Positions 55,165 to 56,593 of a stretch of DNA of 56,593 nucleotides are shown here, one piece after another; the first letter of the stretch is position 1; each line of letters opens with the position of its first letter. The DNA is taken from IMG/VR virus record IMGVR_UViG_3300021300_000004; one strand, 5' to 3'. The notes under the pieces were generated by a model. That model did not search any database. It was not told the DNA's origin and saw only the letters and a program-made list of their open reading frames with translations. The position numbers were made by a program, and so were the translations under genes. This DNA comes from a virus.

Positions 55165-56178
55165 CTACATCATTCCTAAACTTTTTCTTTTGGTTGGGTT
55201 ATTAACAACAGGTGTTTCTTTTTCTTCAGGTTTTAAAACATTCAATATACGGGAATTATTATAGTTAATGCATAAACTGTAAAACAAGAACTCATCAATA
55301 TTCAAATGCTTAAAACCTTTATATGCTTGTCTAATTTGACTGAATAACTTACGATTACCGTTACTTTGAATACTTAACAATAACATATATGCATCATTAG
55401 CTTTCAAACCAGTCAAGTTATCATTAATGATCAATGTATTATCCTTCCTGATACGGACATCAATATTCTTACTATTTTCACAAAACTTGCCCATAATCTC
55501 ATCAAAAGTACCTACACGCAGATTGTAAATAACTTTGGATAAGTAAACATAGTTACTGCCGATTGCGGAATATAACTTATTGAATTGTTTAAATGTTAAA
55601 TCATTCTTAATCTCATTCAAATATAATAAGCAAGGTAATGAAATTTTAAAGTCCAGACGGTAACCTTGTTTTGTGGTATGAGTAATATGTCCGGTTTCAT
55701 TAATCTTGACATTATTGAATAAAATCTGTTGTTTTGGATTAACTGTGAATAAGTCATCAGGATTATTCTTAACATTATTCGGTTTAACCTCATTATCCTT
55801 TTTGGAGGCATGGATTTTATCAAGTCTTGCCTGTACTTTCTCATTATGCTTAGGGTCTTTCACCAATAATAAATCGTCATGATTTTTTTCACACATATAA
55901 GTTAATTCCTGAGTATTGGATTTTACTTTTTTCATATCCTCTTGCAGTTCCATGATGTATTTATGTGCTAAGTGTAATCCTTTGCCTTTTCTTTCAAAGT
56001 CTTTCATTAATTGTGTAAATTCGTTTTCTAAATGTTTTACATTATCATTTAAAATCGCAAGACCTTTACTGAAATTATCAAATTCAGCATCACTAATACC
56101 CACACCACCATTATTGGCAGTTTGGAATATTTTCATAAATCTTTCAACTTCCTCAATATCCTCAAATTGTAATAACAT
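55165..56178 (-). CDS. Coiled-coil hypothetical protein
   Basis: 337 aa; SD GGAGCTGA. Confidence 0.7.
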   Translation of the reverse strand: MLLQFEDIEEVERFMKIFQTANNGGVGISDAEFDNFSKGLAILNDNVKHLENEFTQLMKDFERKGKGLHLAHKYIMELQEDMKKVKSNTQELTYMCEKNHDDLLLVKDPKHNEKVQARLDKIHASKKDNEVKPNNVKNNPDDLFTVNPKQQILFNNVKINETGHITHTTKQGYRLDFKISLPCLLYLNEIKNDLTFKQFNKLYSAIGSNYVYLSKVIYNLRVGTFDEIMGKFCENSKNIDVRIRKDNTLIINDNLTGLKANDAYMLLLSIQSNGNRKLFSQIRQAYKGFKHLNIDEFLFYSLCINYNNSRILNVLKPEEKETPVVNNPTKRKSLGMM

Positions 56179-56195
56179 ATTTTGTCAGCTCCCTT

Positions 56196-56593
56196 TTATT
56201 TGTATTGTTTATATAACTCCATTGCATAAGAATACTCATCACATAACATAATCTTATCCTTACCAGCATAATAATGTAAAGTTTCCATCATTTCCCGCAA
56301 CTCCTCAGGTTCACAACCAAGGACATTAGCAGACTTCACTAATGCAGGTTCATAAACAGTTTTACTATTCCTGTAATGAGACCAGACATTTAACCATGCC
56401 TTATTATTCTTACTGATAATCATCTCATCAGTTACATCTTTACTGTAATCTTTTTCAGTCAGTAAATGAATATTCAAATTAGATTCTTTCATATTATTTA
56501 ACTCGTCCTGAATGTCAGATATAGGAAACTCACAGTCTCCTACGCCTAAATATTTTTCAAGACATATACTAACAAAAGCAGACAAATTCGGTA
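56196..56593 (-). CDS. 3' part of junction-spanning RHH-domain protein (starts at 240)
   Basis: Frame continuous across the terminal repeat. Confidence 0.75.
   Translation of the reverse strand, partial: PNLSAFVSICLEKYLGVGDCEFPISDIQDELNNMKESNLNIHLLTEKDYSKDVTDEMIISKNNKAWLNVWSHYRNSKTVYEPALVKSANVLGCEPEELREMMETLHYYAGKDKIMLCDEYSYAMELYKQYK
56415..56593. repeat. Terminal direct repeat / circular overlap, right copy
   Basis: Matches 1-179 with one mismatch; implies a 56,414-bp circular or terminally redundant genome. Confidence 0.97.

Overview
The window looks like a complete, circularly closed genome of a temperate, contractile-tailed (myovirus-type) archaeal virus. The 179-bp terminal overlap gives a unit length of 56,414 bp, and the sequence is AT-rich (roughly 30% GC by eye). 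The host is inferred to be a pseudomurein-walled methanogen (Methanobacteriales, probably Methanobrevibacter-like). Support: an endolysin with pseudomurein-binding repeats, a viral MCM helicase, an ERCC4 nuclease, archaeal TATA/SD signals and a CCA-less tRNA-Thr with U73. Nearly all genes are on the minus strand. Modules: replication/recombination (MCM, SSAP, PCNA-like, ERCC4), control (RHH repressor, two tyrosine recombinases), nucleotide metabolism (dcd, ferredoxin, tmk), ParB plus C5 methyltransferase, packaging, head, contractile tail, baseplate, adhesin and lysis. Best candidate for a new system: a Mu G-loop-like receptor-binding switch. A start-less alternative C-terminal domain (18582-19112, +) lies tail-to-tail with the expressed tip of the tail adhesin, next to a tyrosine recombinase. 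No long inverted crossover repeat is visible, but each tip starts with its own short palindrome. Other signals: a G10 tract that frameshifts the ParB gene upstream of the methyltransferase, a probable +1 frameshift adding an Ig domain to the capsid protein, several families of duplicated non-coding elements, and two structured ncRNA candidates. All calls come from reading motifs by eye; no database searches were run.
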